DNA of 64,000 nucleotides from Macrostomum lignano (Eukaryota). Shown here piece by piece: positions 44,329 to 62,774 of the stretch. A model generated the notes under the pieces. It ran no database searches and had not been told where the DNA came from. It saw only the letters and a program-made list of their open reading frames with translations. Made by a program: the position numbers and the translations under genes. The stretch is taken from assembly GCA_002269645.1 (NCBI GenBank), contig NIVC01001659.1:190455-254454 (forward strand), written 5' to 3'. Numbering within the stretch: position 1 is the stretch's first letter; each line of letters opens with the position of its first letter.

Positions 44329-44916
44329 TCATATGCGAGCTGGGAGCAGCAGCGGTGCCGGAGCAGGCGGCAGCTCCTCGGACAGTTTGGCCGGCCGCGC
44401 CTCCAATTCGGACAGCAGGCGGCAGAGCCGCTGGCAGTCAGCCAAGCCCCGCCGGCCGCCCGGACACTCCGACAGCTTGCTGACCGGCAGGCCGCAGCGC
44501 CGAAACTCGGCCAGCTTCTCCGCTTCATCGCCTCGCCCGCCGCTGAGCAGCGCCACCAGCCGCGCCTGGCCCGCCCGAAGCCGCAGCTGCCGGCACAGCG
44601 GCCGCACCGCCGCCCAGGCCAGGTCGGCCGGCCGCAGCAGGCAGAAGTCGGCGCCCTCCAGCCCGGCTGACAGGCTGTCCGTGGCCAGCAGGCCGTGGCC
44701 GGGTCCGGGCGCCAGGCCGGAGTCCAGCAGGCCGGCCGCCAGGTCCCGGCAGGCGGGCAGGTCGGCCGGGTCGCACAATCGCAGCCGGACAGGCCGGCCG
44801 GGGCCGAAGACGTCGCCGGCGAGCAGCGGCCAGAGGCAGCGCTGAAGCGGCTCGCTGTTAGCTGGTTGGACCGCGCAAACGGTGATGATGCCGGGTGTGC
44901 GAGGCTGGGTTGCCAT
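44329..44916 (-). CDS. Truncated malate dehydrogenase (MDH1/MDH1B)-like NAD-binding-fold protein, 195 aa, probably non-catalytic
   Basis: ITVCAV...LWPLLAGDVFGPGRPVRLRLCD...LAAGLLDSG...LLATDSLSAGLEGADFCLL parallels the cytosolic MDH N-terminus (G.VFG..Q.I.L.L.D...MELQD...ATD...AF...D). AATAAA lies ~130 nt after the stop. Confidence 0.65.
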   Translation of the reverse strand: MATQPRTPGIITVCAVQPANSEPLQRCLWPLLAGDVFGPGRPVRLRLCDPADLPACRDLAAGLLDSGLAPGPGHGLLATDSLSAGLEGADFCLLRPADLAWAAVRPLCRQLRLRAGQARLVALLSGGRGDEAEKLAEFRRCGLPVSKLSECPGGRRGLADCQRLCRLLSELEARPAKLSEELPPAPAPLLLPARI

Positions 44917-44922
44917 GGCTAC
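44909..44922. promoter_or_regulatory. RFX X-box-like palindrome GTTGCCATGGCTAC overlapping the MDH-like start codon
   Basis: 13/14 match to the GTTGCCATGGCAAC consensus. Function untested. Confidence 0.4.
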
Positions 44923-45234
44923 CGGGCCAGACTGGGCGGGAATGAAGAATGCAGCGATGCGAAGGCGTGTGATTGTGAATAATCTGAGCATGCTGGTGAA
45001 TCCACAAGCGTCTTATCAAATTCACTAGGCTCGCATGAACTAATCATGACAATGCCCAATCTAAACATGTACATTGTGACGGGGAATCCAGGTGTGTACA
45101 CAATAGATATAGAAATAAGCCTGAACCCAGTGCAAGGTGCCAGGTGTTACAGACAATGGCACGGCTGCAATTTCTAGCACTGTGGGGGCCGCTACTTGCA
45201 CCCCGTATTTGAAGCTTAATTTGCAACTCGGCTT

Positions 45235-45560
45235 ATATTATACGTACACTGCATCGAGGACTTTCAATTCCCAAGTGCGTACATTTTAATGAGGATCGGG
45301 GAATCCCAAATGCGTACACCGTAGCGGGGAACCGGGGAATCCCAAGTATGTACACTGCAGCGGGGAACGGAGGAATTCCAAGTGTACACTGCAGGGGGGG
45401 AATTCCACATGTGTACACCGTAGCGGGGAACGGGGGAATCCCAAGTATGTACATTGTAGCGGGGAACGGGGGAATCCCAAGTATGTACATTGTAGCAGGG
45501 AACGGGGGAATCCTAAGTACGTACGCTGTCGCAGGGAATCCCATGTGTACTAGGACATTC
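45235..45560. repeat. Degenerate ~37-bp minisatellite
   Basis: gggaatcccaagtatgtacactgtagcggggaacgg-like units. Confidence 0.8.
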
Positions 45561-46539
45561 TAAGAGTGTACATTGTAGTTCGCATTGCAGCGTCATCAAG
45601 TATTTAAAAAGACTTTAAAAGAAGAGGACATTTGTTTAAAATTGGCAACTTCCAAACGTAACAAGGGCTAATCGGATGTATTTCCTGCTTGGCACTGAAA
45701 AACTGAAACTTCTGATCGGATTCAGATACTCAAACGCGGATACAAAACGAGTCAAAACTGAGTGAGGGGGCGAAAGACGCAACGAGTTGCAATCCTAGCA
45801 AAACATTGAAAATCAAAGAAGAGAAGAAGACAAAATGAACTGCTTCATTGTGAGTCAGACAAAAAAATGAAAGGCCAAAGCTGATCGGTGAAGTAAAATC
45901 TGTCGCCACATTACGCTCGTAAAAAGGGTCGGTCGAAAATCTGTTTGCCAAAATTACTCCAACAAAAAACTGCATTTACCGTGCGTCATGCATTAAACAT
46001 ACTACTGTAGGTAGGCAAGTGTGCAACTGGGCTCGATATGGAGGTGTAAAAACGGGACCAACTTGATGAGAGTTCTATCTGGGAATGCTTACTGTTGAAG
46101 ACAGGTGAAAACACAGGTGAGGTTTGAAACAAGAATGCAAATACAAATACTATAGTTCCGGTCAAGGCTGGGAGCTCAAAACTGAATTTGACAAAAGCAG
46201 ATGGCTGATTTAAGCAACCAATGAGAATACCATGCAGATGCCAAAATGGCAAACAAAAGCAACAAAAACGTTTGAAATGCGCCGCCAGCAAAACGCAACA
46301 CTGATAGCAAATACGGGTACACTCTGGAAAGACAAAGACAGAAATTTGTTAAAAAAACAAACAAAAAGCGACAGAGATGCAACTGAGCAAAAGCAAAAAA
46401 CGGAGTGTAAAACAAAACTAAAATAACAAATTTTGCCCAAATCGGGCAATAAGCCGCATAACAGAGCCACACAGTTTCGCATTTGGAGCCGATTTCAATA
46501 AGCGGTAAGTCGAACCTTTCCAACACAACTAAATCACCG

Positions 46540-48162
46540 TCAGTCCTCATAGGGATCCGCCCGCCGCTCGGCCAGTTTCAGGCGGTGCGCCTCCAGCCGG
46601 CGGAACGCTCGGGCCTCAGCGCTGCCGTCTCCGCCGCAGTCGGCCACCTCGGCCTCGACCTCCTCCCCGGCAACGGCCATCTGCAGGGTCGCCCACAAGC
46701 AGGTCCTGGCGGCCTGCAGCTGCTCCAATAGCTCGCCAACAGCCGCTGACACCGCCCGGCTGTCTCGCTCTTCAACAGCGCGACCGCCGCCACTGCTGGA
46801 GCCGCGGTTGTTCAGGCTCGTCACCTCCTCCTTGCGCCGTGTCTGGCACTTGCGCACCGCCTCGGACAGCCGGTCCAGAGCCGAGTGCACCCCGGCTGGC
46901 AGGGCGGCGTTTCGCAGCCTCTCAGCCCGCTGCACCAGTTGATGCAAGCGGCTGAGCTCCTGGCACACCGCCAGCAGCTCCCGGTCCTCCCGGCCGCCCA
47001 TGGCCCCGTGCTGCCTGGCGAGCGGAGGCGGCGAGCTTGGCGGCGAGAATCCGGCTGCCTGGGCGCCGGAGTTCGAGCCGCACGAAGCAGCGGCAGCCGC
47101 ACCAACCGAAGCTCCAGTTGGCGCCACAGCTGGGACGCCGCTGAATCTCCGAGCCTGCCAGGCCGCGGATAGGCGAGCCTCAGCATGGCGCAGCTCCTTG
47201 CCGAGCAGGCGGCGCAGCTCCGTCAGTTCGGAAAGCCGCGCCGAGCGCTCAGAGTCTGTCTGGGTGGCGCGCCGCGTCATTGAGGCCTGGCGGGAGCCTG
47301 GGCTACCAGCCAGACCAGTTTCCATAGCAACCAGGTTACCGGTGCTCGACTGAGAAAGCGATGACGAGGGCTGGGCCAGTTGCTGAGGCTGCGGATGAAG
47401 CGGTCTGGGGGCCAGTTGAAGAAACTGCGGGTGCTGCGACAGCAGGATGTAGTTAGACGCGGAAGGCAGGACAAGAGCTTGCGGATGCTGATGAGCGCGC
47501 GACTGCTGCTGTTGCTGCTGCTGCACCGGAACTCGAGTCACATTACCAGCTGATTTGATGGCCGCATCGGTTCGACCTGACTGGACGGTCTCCATGTGGC
47601 AGGCCTGCAGGGCCATCCAGTTCTGTTGCTGCGGGTGCATAGCGGAAGCAGAGGTCACACAGTTCTGCAACTGCAGAGACTGCTGGCTAGGCTGGTGCGT
47701 AACGGCATGCTGCAAGCTCTGCTGCTGCTGCATGCGCACAAGCGGCCGCGGACTTCTCTGGTCAATTGCGGCCTGCAGCTGCGGCTGCTGCTGGTGGCCT
47801 TGCAGATGCATAGGCTGCTGTTGCTGCTCCAGCAGCTGCTGGGATGGCAACAGTGGTGGCGGCATCTGGTCGTCTTCTGAGTCCACCAGCTTATTGACAA
47901 GGTCGCTGATCATGCAGGCAGTGTGAAGCGACGAGGATGACATATAGCCAGAGTCAGCCGCAGTTGCTGTAGCAGTGGCACTGGAAAAGCCAGATGGGTC
48001 GCCATTGGGTTCGCACAAGGTGGCACTTGAGGTGGCTGCTGTAGAGGCACTGGTAAAGGTGGTAGACATTGGCTGCTGGTTGAAGTTGAGCAAGCAGGAC
48101 TCTGTGGTCTGGCTGTCCCATAGGGCAGTCTGGCTATATAGCAGCTTGTCTGGTGCTGCCAT
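46540..48162 (-). CDS. MEIOC: Meiosis-specific coiled-coil protein MEIOC-like, single exon, 540 aa
   Basis: Q-rich disordered N-terminus. C-terminal RAERLR..LPAGVHSALDRLSEAVRKCQTRRKEEV and QAARTCLWATLQMAV match my recollection of the MEIOC conserved domain (MERLR..LHASISTALDR..VQSRRKDEI; KARTALWCALQMT). Confidence 0.8.
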   Translation of the reverse strand: MAAPDKLLYSQTALWDSQTTESCLLNFNQQPMSTTFTSASTAATSSATLCEPNGDPSGFSSATATATAADSGYMSSSSLHTACMISDLVNKLVDSEDDQMPPPLLPSQQLLEQQQQPMHLQGHQQQPQLQAAIDQRSPRPLVRMQQQQSLQHAVTHQPSQQSLQLQNCVTSASAMHPQQQNWMALQACHMETVQSGRTDAAIKSAGNVTRVPVQQQQQQQSRAHQHPQALVLPSASNYILLSQHPQFLQLAPRPLHPQPQQLAQPSSSLSQSSTGNLVAMETGLAGSPGSRQASMTRRATQTDSERSARLSELTELRRLLGKELRHAEARLSAAWQARRFSGVPAVAPTGASVGAAAAASCGSNSGAQAAGFSPPSSPPPLARQHGAMGGREDRELLAVCQELSRLHQLVQRAERLRNAALPAGVHSALDRLSEAVRKCQTRRKEEVTSLNNRGSSSGGGRAVEERDSRAVSAAVGELLEQLQAARTCLWATLQMAVAGEEVEAEVADCGGDGSAEARAFRRLEAHRLKLAERRADPYED

Positions 48163-51100
48163 CAGCAGTTAATAAAAATTGACTTAAATTTAGACACAAA
48201 AACAAAATATATTAGAATTTCATATTCTAAATAGTTTTTTAAGCATATTATATAGATTATTTATATACTTGAAGGCAAAAAAAAATAAAAAAGAATCAAT
48301 TGAAATATCCAAGCATGTATTTTTATATATCTTTTTCTAATTTTTTATTAAAAGCCAAAATTAAGTTAATATATACAGTGCAATATATCTTTATATTATT
48401 CATTTTAATGTGCTTCAAGTTCAAATTGTGACTTTTAATAAAAAATATTAGTAGACTTAAATATGTCTTGATTGTATAATTAAGCATATTTTAATTTGAA
48501 TTCTAAAAAGATAAAGCTTTGGTAGACAAATTTATTTTTGCTTACCTAAAAGAAATAATAAATAATAAGCTAAACCTATCTTATTAACCAAATTTTAATG
48601 TCTTTTAGAAGTTCAATTTAGATAAGTAAAACCAGACAGAAATGGCTAGCTCTATTAAAAACTACAAATAATAGCTTAAATATTTAAGCTATTAAATTAA
48701 GCATTACTTATAAATACTATAAAACATCTTTCTCGATGCATTTGCCATTTTGGACCACTAGGTGACTAAGATTAAGATAATGAATCGATTCCCTGATTTA
48801 TAATTATAGTAAAGCAAGCTAAAAAACAATAAAAACTTTTCTTTTTTGCATAGGCCTAGTGTAAAGTAAAGATACAATATTAATGGGAAAAGTTAAAGCA
48901 ATAAATTTAAGTTGATACAACAGTCCAAATTTAAATGATAAATATAAAAATCTGCTGCATTCTGCAAGACCCAAATTCCATGAAGCATAGGCCTAGTATT
49001 TTTGATATACTAAATTCAAAATCAATAACTGATTCCTGAAGCAAAGGAAATGTAGCTCTTAAATACACTTGTATTATGAGTTATAAAGGAATAAAAAATG
49101 TATATCAAAAAAATATACAAACACCGAGCTCAGTGCTAGTGCTTGCCTAATAACCACAATTGCCTACCAGGCCAGGATGGGATTGATGGGGGTTAAATAT
49201 GGGGGCGGATCATATGATCCCTGTCAGTGGGATTTGGAAAGGTCTTTGAAAGGTCAGAAGTAAGGAAGTTTCGATGCTTAGCTACTAGAGACCGAGTAGT
49301 TAGCACAATATTAGGCTAGTCTAGTAACCACCGCATCCGCAATGCAGTCTGAGTTTAACGAGAGTTTGAGCTCGGCGCAATGACGTACTATAATAATCTT
49401 GACACATGTCAAGACAGTGTCGAGTAATTAATTACATTGTCGTGACTTTTTTATAATAACGTCGAGTACGTTGTAAAGTTCTTTATGTATCACTTGAATG
49501 TATGTACTTTTTATAATGTATCGTGCGTTCCTAAAATTATCTTTTAATTATTTCAGTCAGTGTTTATTCAGTAGTGTTTCCTTTTCCGCGATACTTACTG
49601 TACGTACTTTATTACTATGTTATTGCTTTATTGTTTTACTGTATGTTAATTCCTACCGTCTTTGAAACGCGAATGCGCTGTGTTAGATGTAATTAGGGTT
49701 TCTAGGCGCCGCGTGGTAGTTGCAAGGACTTCTAGACTAGTTAAATAATATAATCTAATTACTTTTATTGCAAATAGAATATACAAATAAATATGAAAAA
49801 AATTAAAGCGCATTGCAACCAAGCCAAGGACGCATTCATTCATCTGTCTGTCATCACAACGAATATTGTTTGAATTGTTCGACTTCAAGAAGTTTATTTT
49901 ACACGAGCGTAATTTCAATTTTACACCTTAATTACGTGACAAAAATCAAATGAATTCAGACAAACAAAATGCTTACACGCTCGAAAGAATAAAAAAAGCC
50001 ATGATTTCTAAACTTCAGCAGGTAGGCTCTTTGTGCCTCGTATTTTTCATACATACATAATTAAGCTTGAACAAAGGCTCAGCATAATTCATAGGTCTAA
50101 TGAGATAAAATATGCTTGTTCTCTGCTAACAAGCCAAAGCATTCGGGATAAAGTAAATAAGTAAAGCTTCTAAAGCGAATTATAGTTTACAACAATGTAT
50201 ATAAAATCAATGCAATGTATTTTACTGCATGTAAAGGAACTAATTGCTTATTTAAATTTGCACTTGCACAAAAATGCGTCCCGATGGCTCACGTACAACA
50301 ACAATAACGGTTAATTAATGTGTAATCAATCGAATTACTGTGCTCTAAAATATCATTGTTGCAATGCTGAAATGACATACTGTGTCGTTTTCTACGTTAA
50401 AAAATCTAATCAAACAAGTTTAAGTATCTCGATCAAGTGTTTGAGTTTACAAAAAGTTTGACTTTGTTAAAAATCCTATATGGATATTGACTCAAGTCAA
50501 GTCCCTAAGTATCTTTATCCAAACAGTACGAAACTATTTTTTGATTTTCAGTGGATTCAAACAAAAAGAATTCTGCAAACGTACAAATTAATCACATTTT
50601 GAAGATTTGTTTTTAATCGAAACGCCAAGTCAAAGATTGATAGCTGTTTGAGAAAATTTTCGGGGCTATAAGCTTCGTGTAGTGTTTATTTCTTCGTTTT
50701 TTAAACAACATACATGTAATTGACAAAGTTGACTTGTGCAAAGTACAAGGAAATAACCAAACGCATAGGTGCTATATGAAACAAGTAGTGCAGACTTTGA
50801 TTAATTGATTTCAATAAAAAGATTCGCTGAAATAAAGTAGCGATTAAGTTTTATGGCTAAACAATTAAAGATAGGAGGGTCCGTCTACAAAAAAAACAAA
50901 ACAAAGCGCACGGATACAGTAAGCTCGCAGCTTAAAAGATTTAGTAAAACAAACAAAACTTTACTATCTTGTAATGTAAAATCAATAAAATCTTGATACG
51001 TAATTAAATAACAATTCTAAAAGGGCTAAAAGGAAAACACAGAAGAATCAGCTAAGCTCTCGCACATGTCCAGAAATATTACTCGTAAAAAGAAAATCTG

Positions 51101-51396
51101 TCAAAGTCTTTCTCTAATAACTAAAAAACTTCGAATGTGCAAATAAGTAGAGAAAAATTATTTTTTTAAATGTGCAACACCCTAGAAACAGTGTCTCAGT
51201 CTGAAAGTGCTAGTGATAAGGCAGAGATGTGAATAACAGTTTCACAAACGGTCAGATGTTATTGTGAGGCGCGCGGGTAAGCAAAAACGGGCAATGCGGA
51301 GGGGACCGAAGGGATGAGAACTTGTCAGTGTCAAGGAATGTGACGCTTCAGGTTTCAGATTGATGGCAGATAAGCCGCCTCCGAGGCCGCCGGAGC

Positions 51397-57661
<6,265 letters not shown>

Positions 57662-59977
57662 GATAAGAGATTGAAGATGCGAAGCTGCTGAGATGAATCT
57701 GGCTTTAACAAGAGCACGGGATCACCTGATACCTGCCAAGCAAATGCTCATGAAGTGTTGGACTGAATTTTAAGTTTGTTGTGATAAAAATTATATCATT
57801 TTAAACTTATATTACAGTGACTTAATAAAATAATTATACAAGTCCGTAACAATATCTTAGAAATGCTATTTCCAATTTGTAAAAGTCTAATTTGAAATGG
57901 AAAATATATCTTTAGAATTTTTCTGAAAGCTGACCATGACAGTACTATCCATGGCTTAAAATCTTACAAATTAATTTATGGCAATAGAAATTGGTCAAAT
58001 TGCTAAATTAATGACAAATTTGATAGGCCTTGCATGATTTTTTTATTAGACAATATAGTGGAAATTCTAAACTATAATTCTACAACTTGATTCAAAAAAG
58101 CTATTAATAGTAGGTGAGATTGAGAAATAATGTTTTTCTAAATATTAAAGTATTTAATAATTTATTGATGAAAAGAATCCAATCTATGAATCTGATATAC
58201 AAATTTTGCTTTTTAATTATCGAAACAAAAACCTATCAACTATGTTACGGTCGAGTTTTTTTCATTAATTTATATCAAAATCAAAGCATAAATACATCAA
58301 TACTATACAAAAACAAAAATACACTATACAGAATCAATGTCTTAAATTTTGCTAAGTTCTGATTTTTTTATTAATCAACCCCTTGAAATTTCAGTAGGAT
58401 TCTAGAACTTCTTTTCCATTCTCCATGATCATCAATGTCTTCAAGTTCAAAGTGTGCATCTGGAGACAGGACTATACTTCAATCTTAAACGGTGGACCTT
58501 TACTAAGTTTACTTTCTCTACAAAACTAATTGATTTGAACCATTTTATGCCCAATTATCGATTGCAATAAAAAACTCCGATAGAAAGAGTTGAAACTTAA
58601 ATACAAATATTCTTTATCACGCTTCAATCAAAATGCTACTTCGTAAATTGAAACGAAGATAGCTGAAAAAATCTGCACGATGACTAAAAAGGCGAAAATC
58701 ACATAAACTTAAAATATCGGATTAATAACATACTCAACTTTGTGGTGCAGCAACGTTTTTACTTCTTTTTTCTTCTGAATTTTATTTTATAAATCTGTGT
58801 CCAAGGATAAATGTTATACAGTGTTATTTGCCGAATTTTTTTTGTTACGGCTATGTATTTTGATATAATTCATTTTCCAAGTCAGTTTGGTTTTTACGGA
58901 TATTTTTCTGATCAATAGTCTTATTGATAGAGTCGGATAGACAACAGAGGATGAGTCTAAAACGAATGTATATTTTATTCCAAAGCTTAAAAAGCCCATA
59001 ATTAGAATTATGATGGCAGACAGTGTTATGTTTTTCAACATAACTTTATGTGCAAGTCAATTAGGACACCCAAAAGTAGTAGGTACATAGCCATTGCATG
59101 CATCTTTTGAAGCCTCCGATCCAGCATGCAACGTGGACCACCAACAAAACTGGATGACAGGATCATTAATTTGCCAATAATTTGCAAATATGCCAATAAT
59201 TTGCAAATATGCCAATTCTGCTGGCATCATTTACCGTCTCGTTTGAAACTGTTGTTAAATTATGCCCGCAAATTAGAGGCAGTTATTTATGTCATCTGCC
59301 GTAATGGCTGTTTGCGATGGCTGGACGTAAAGAGAAAAACAGATGCTTCGATTCATCTGGCGCTGCCTAAATTAGGAAGAAATTCTCTGAACATTGATCG
59401 GGTTTGATTTTAATCTGTCCAACATCGTTTTGAGAGACACGATTGTTCTCGCGGCTTATACTGTATGCCATGGTTTTGCCTTTGCCTGTTTTGATTGGTT
59501 TCTCTGAAATCAAAGTGTCAATCGTTTTTTGATATGCCATCTGTTTGCAGACGTTATTTCAGTGAAGTTATTCGTGAAGGATTTATGAGCACTGTGAAAA
59601 GGATTAATTGCGCGCCCAAGTTCTCAAATTGGTTGCTCTATAGACCCCCTTTGGGCCATAGACAATGAAATACAAGTTTTCAATAGCTTGATTCTCACAA
59701 TAAGGATTAAATTCCTTCTCCTATAGACTCAATTGGCTTGGAAAATGCCATATTTTTTCAATTCGCAAAATAAGCAGTTTTGGCTATAGACATTTTTTTA
59801 GATTTCATTCTTTCTTTCTTTGTCAAGAGTGCTGGTGTGCTAATGTGGGGGCTCTGCCCCCATACCCGCGCAAGGGGGCTCAAGCGCCCCCTTGATCCCG
59901 CTTTCTTCTGACTTTGCCATAGACATTTTCTGTGGGCCGTGAAACCGACAGAATGCATTGGAGTAAATGGGATTTTA

Positions 59978-60179
59978 CCATAGACAGTCTCAGGGGGTCG
60001 TGAAACCGCGTTTCACGCCCGCTAACTATAACACTAAAATATGGATGGGCCGCATCGGGCAGAAACGAGCTAACACACCTCGGAGTTATAGCTCGTTTCT
60101 GCCCTCTGCAGCCCATCAATATTGGTATATTTTGATTTAGACTTTGTTCGATTTATGCGGGCTTAAATGTAGTCTATGG
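59978..60179. mobile_element. 202-bp MITE with 8-bp TIRs (CCATAGAC...GTCTATGG) and a TA target-site duplication
   Basis: TA (59976-59977), CCATAGAC at 59978, GTCTATGG ending at 60179, TA (60180-60181). Further CCATAGAC ends at 59656 and 59917 suggest nesting. Confidence 0.6.
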
Positions 60180-61154
60180 TATGAAAGGGATTAATTAAGT
60201 GCCCGCCGGGCAAAAAGGTCATGGTACAATCGATAACAACATGTAGCACATCTTTTATACATGTACATGTAGCACCCAAACTTCAATTCCTCCCTTGCCT
60301 CTCTTTAGCGCAAAAAGCTCAAACTGGGCCATAGGCAAATTTAGAAATCAGCAGTGCTCTGACTGAGAGAAAAAGACATTAAATAGAGGAAAAGAACGGG
60401 TTTTTTAATTTAATAAGAATTGTAAGACTCATGGACTGTTAAAAAACTCAGGACGCAGAACTTGAACGTTTGAAGTCGTGTTGCTTTAGGAAAGTGTATG
60501 TATACGAGCATAAATATATTTGTATATGTGAAATTGAACTGACACCAACACACAACAAGCAATAGTAGATAGATAAGTGACTGGAAGGGGAGCTTTTTGA
60601 CCAGTAGAAAGATGATGACAATGTACACACCCCCAGCAATATGCTCGTAAAATATATCCAACAGTAGGGGTTTAAATTTGAACTCAAAATGTCAGTACGT
60701 ATGAAAACGGCAATGTCAGAAGTCAGAAAGTGAATTTTATCGCACAGCATTTATGAGTAGATCGAAGATGTTTCTATTAATGCACTGCAAATAGACCTAA
60801 CGTTATTTCTTTTTGCATGTAGTTGCTGCATTTCCTTTTTTCGCAATTGCTCGTCTCAGGTGTTCAAAATAAACTGCTGTCTCCATTGCCTGCATCGGTA
60901 TGTTTGCCGAAACATCTGCATGGCTCTGAAACAACTGGAAGTGGAGCTGCAACTTTTCATCAGCTGGTGTCTGGGGCCTTCATTCTAATTTTCATTCGCC
61001 ATGCAGGTGAGAACAGAATTTTGCGCATTCTGCTCTTGTGTGCATCTGGAGTTATGAATAATTATCTTGGATGGTTGGCCTACAGTACAATAAAATGTGC
61101 ACGTTTTGCGCGTGGCGTCCTTCTAACATTACTTAATTAGTCTGTGCTGTGCAC

Positions 61155-62208
61155 GGGTGGGTAGTCGGGGTGGGTAGTCGGGGTGTGAGCAGTCGGGTTG
61201 AGCAGTCGGGGTGGGTAGTCGGGGTGTGAGCAGTCGGGTTGAGCAGTCGGAGTGGGTACTCGGGGTGTGAGCAGTCGGGTTGAGCAGTCGGGGTGGGTAG
61301 TCGGGGTGTGAGCAGTCGGGTTGAGCAGTCGGAGTGGGTAGTCGGGGTGTGAGCAGTCGGGGTGAGCAGTCGGGGTGGGTAGTCGGGGTGTGAGCAGTCG
61401 GGTTGAGCAGTCTGGGTGGGTAGTCGGGATGTGAGCAGTCGGGGTGAGCAGTCGGGTTGAGCAGTCGGGGTGGGTAGTTGGGGTGTGAGCAGTCGGGTTG
61501 AGCAGTCGGGGTGGGTAGTCGGGGTGTGAGCAGTCGGGTGAGCAGTCGGGTTGAGCCAGTGGGTGGGTAGTCGGGGTGTGAGCAGTCGGGTTGAGCAGTC
61601 GGGGTGGGTAGTCGGGGTGTGAGCAGTCGGGTGAGCAGTCGGGTTGAGCAGTCGGGTGGGTAGTCGGGGTGTGAGCAGTCGGGTGGGTAGTCGGGTGTGA
61701 GCAGTCGGTTGAGCAGTCGGGGTGGGTAGTCGGGGTGTGAGCAGTCGGGTTGAGCAGTCGGGGTGGGTAGTCGGGGTGTGAGCAGTCGGGGTGAGCAGTC
61801 GGGTTGAGCAGTCGGGTGGGTAGTCGGGGTGTGAGCAGTCGGGTGAGCAGTCGGGTGGGTAGTCGGTGTGAACAGTCGGGTGAGCAGTCGGGGTGGTAGT
61901 CGGGTGTGACAGTCGGGTGAGCAGTCGGGTGGGTAGTCGGGGTGTGAGCAGTCGGGTTGAGCAGTCGGGTGGGTAGTCGGGTGTGAGCATCGGGTGAGCA
62001 GTCGGGTTGAGCAGTCGGGGTGGGTAGTCGGGGTGTGAGCAGTCGGGGTGAGCAGTCGGGGTGGGTAGTCGGGGTGTGAACAGTCGGGGTGAGCAGTCGG
62101 GTGGGTAGTCGGGGTGTGAACAGTCGGGGTGAGCAGTCGGGGTGGGTATCGGGTGTGAGCAGTCGGGTGAGCAGTCGGGGTGGGTAGTCGGGGTGTGAGC
62201 AGTCGGAT
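61155..62208. repeat. Composite G-rich minisatellite (gagcagtcggg(tt/gt) and gggtagtcggggtgt modules)
   Basis: Direct inspection; ~1.05 kb. Confidence 0.95.
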
Positions 62209-62774
62209 GGAGATTTCATCTGTAATGTGCAGTACATGTATTTGAACAATATTGCTAACATGAACATTTGAGTAGTCTTGAACTGAGCAGTTGCAGTCCC
62301 AGAAAGGAACAAAGTCAAGGCAAACAATCTCCATACAATTTTGGTGCAATAAAAGTGTTAGAAAAGAGGCTGCAGCGCGGAGTTCAGCTTATTAATGTAT
62401 TTTTCAGGTAGATTGAGCGGTGATCTCACATACCGCCTGCTCACAAGGAGTCCGAGGCACTTGCAGCTACAGAAAGGGCAGAAAAAGCGAACTCCTATAT
62501 TGGATTGGCGTTTAAAGCAACTCAGGTAGAGGATAGCGACAGAGGCGAAGTCTACTAAGGTGACATGAAGCCGGCTGGCTGCTTCTAGCAGAAATTTGAA
62601 TACAGACTGAAAGAAGTCGCATCATAAAGTCAGATGGGGCTGTGTAAGGCTGTACCTGATAGGCCACCACTACTGAAAGCAGGTTTGGGGTTGCGCGACC
62701 TGGGGGCTGAACACCAATTGCTGGCATTTTAACGACAGGTGGGTTCGGAGCCCATTATTTATCATCGAAATCAC

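Noticed and set aside
48170-51240. 3-kb very AT-rich stretch upstream of MEIOC (also 57700-59000)
   Set aside because: No ORF, repeat structure or RNA gene that I can support; treated as ordinary intergenic DNA.
60855-61010. Exon-like segment flanked by CTCAG and CAG|GTGAGA, with further fragments at 62400-62730 and 63470-63600
   Set aside because: No coherent spliced ORF or recognisable product could be assembled within the window.
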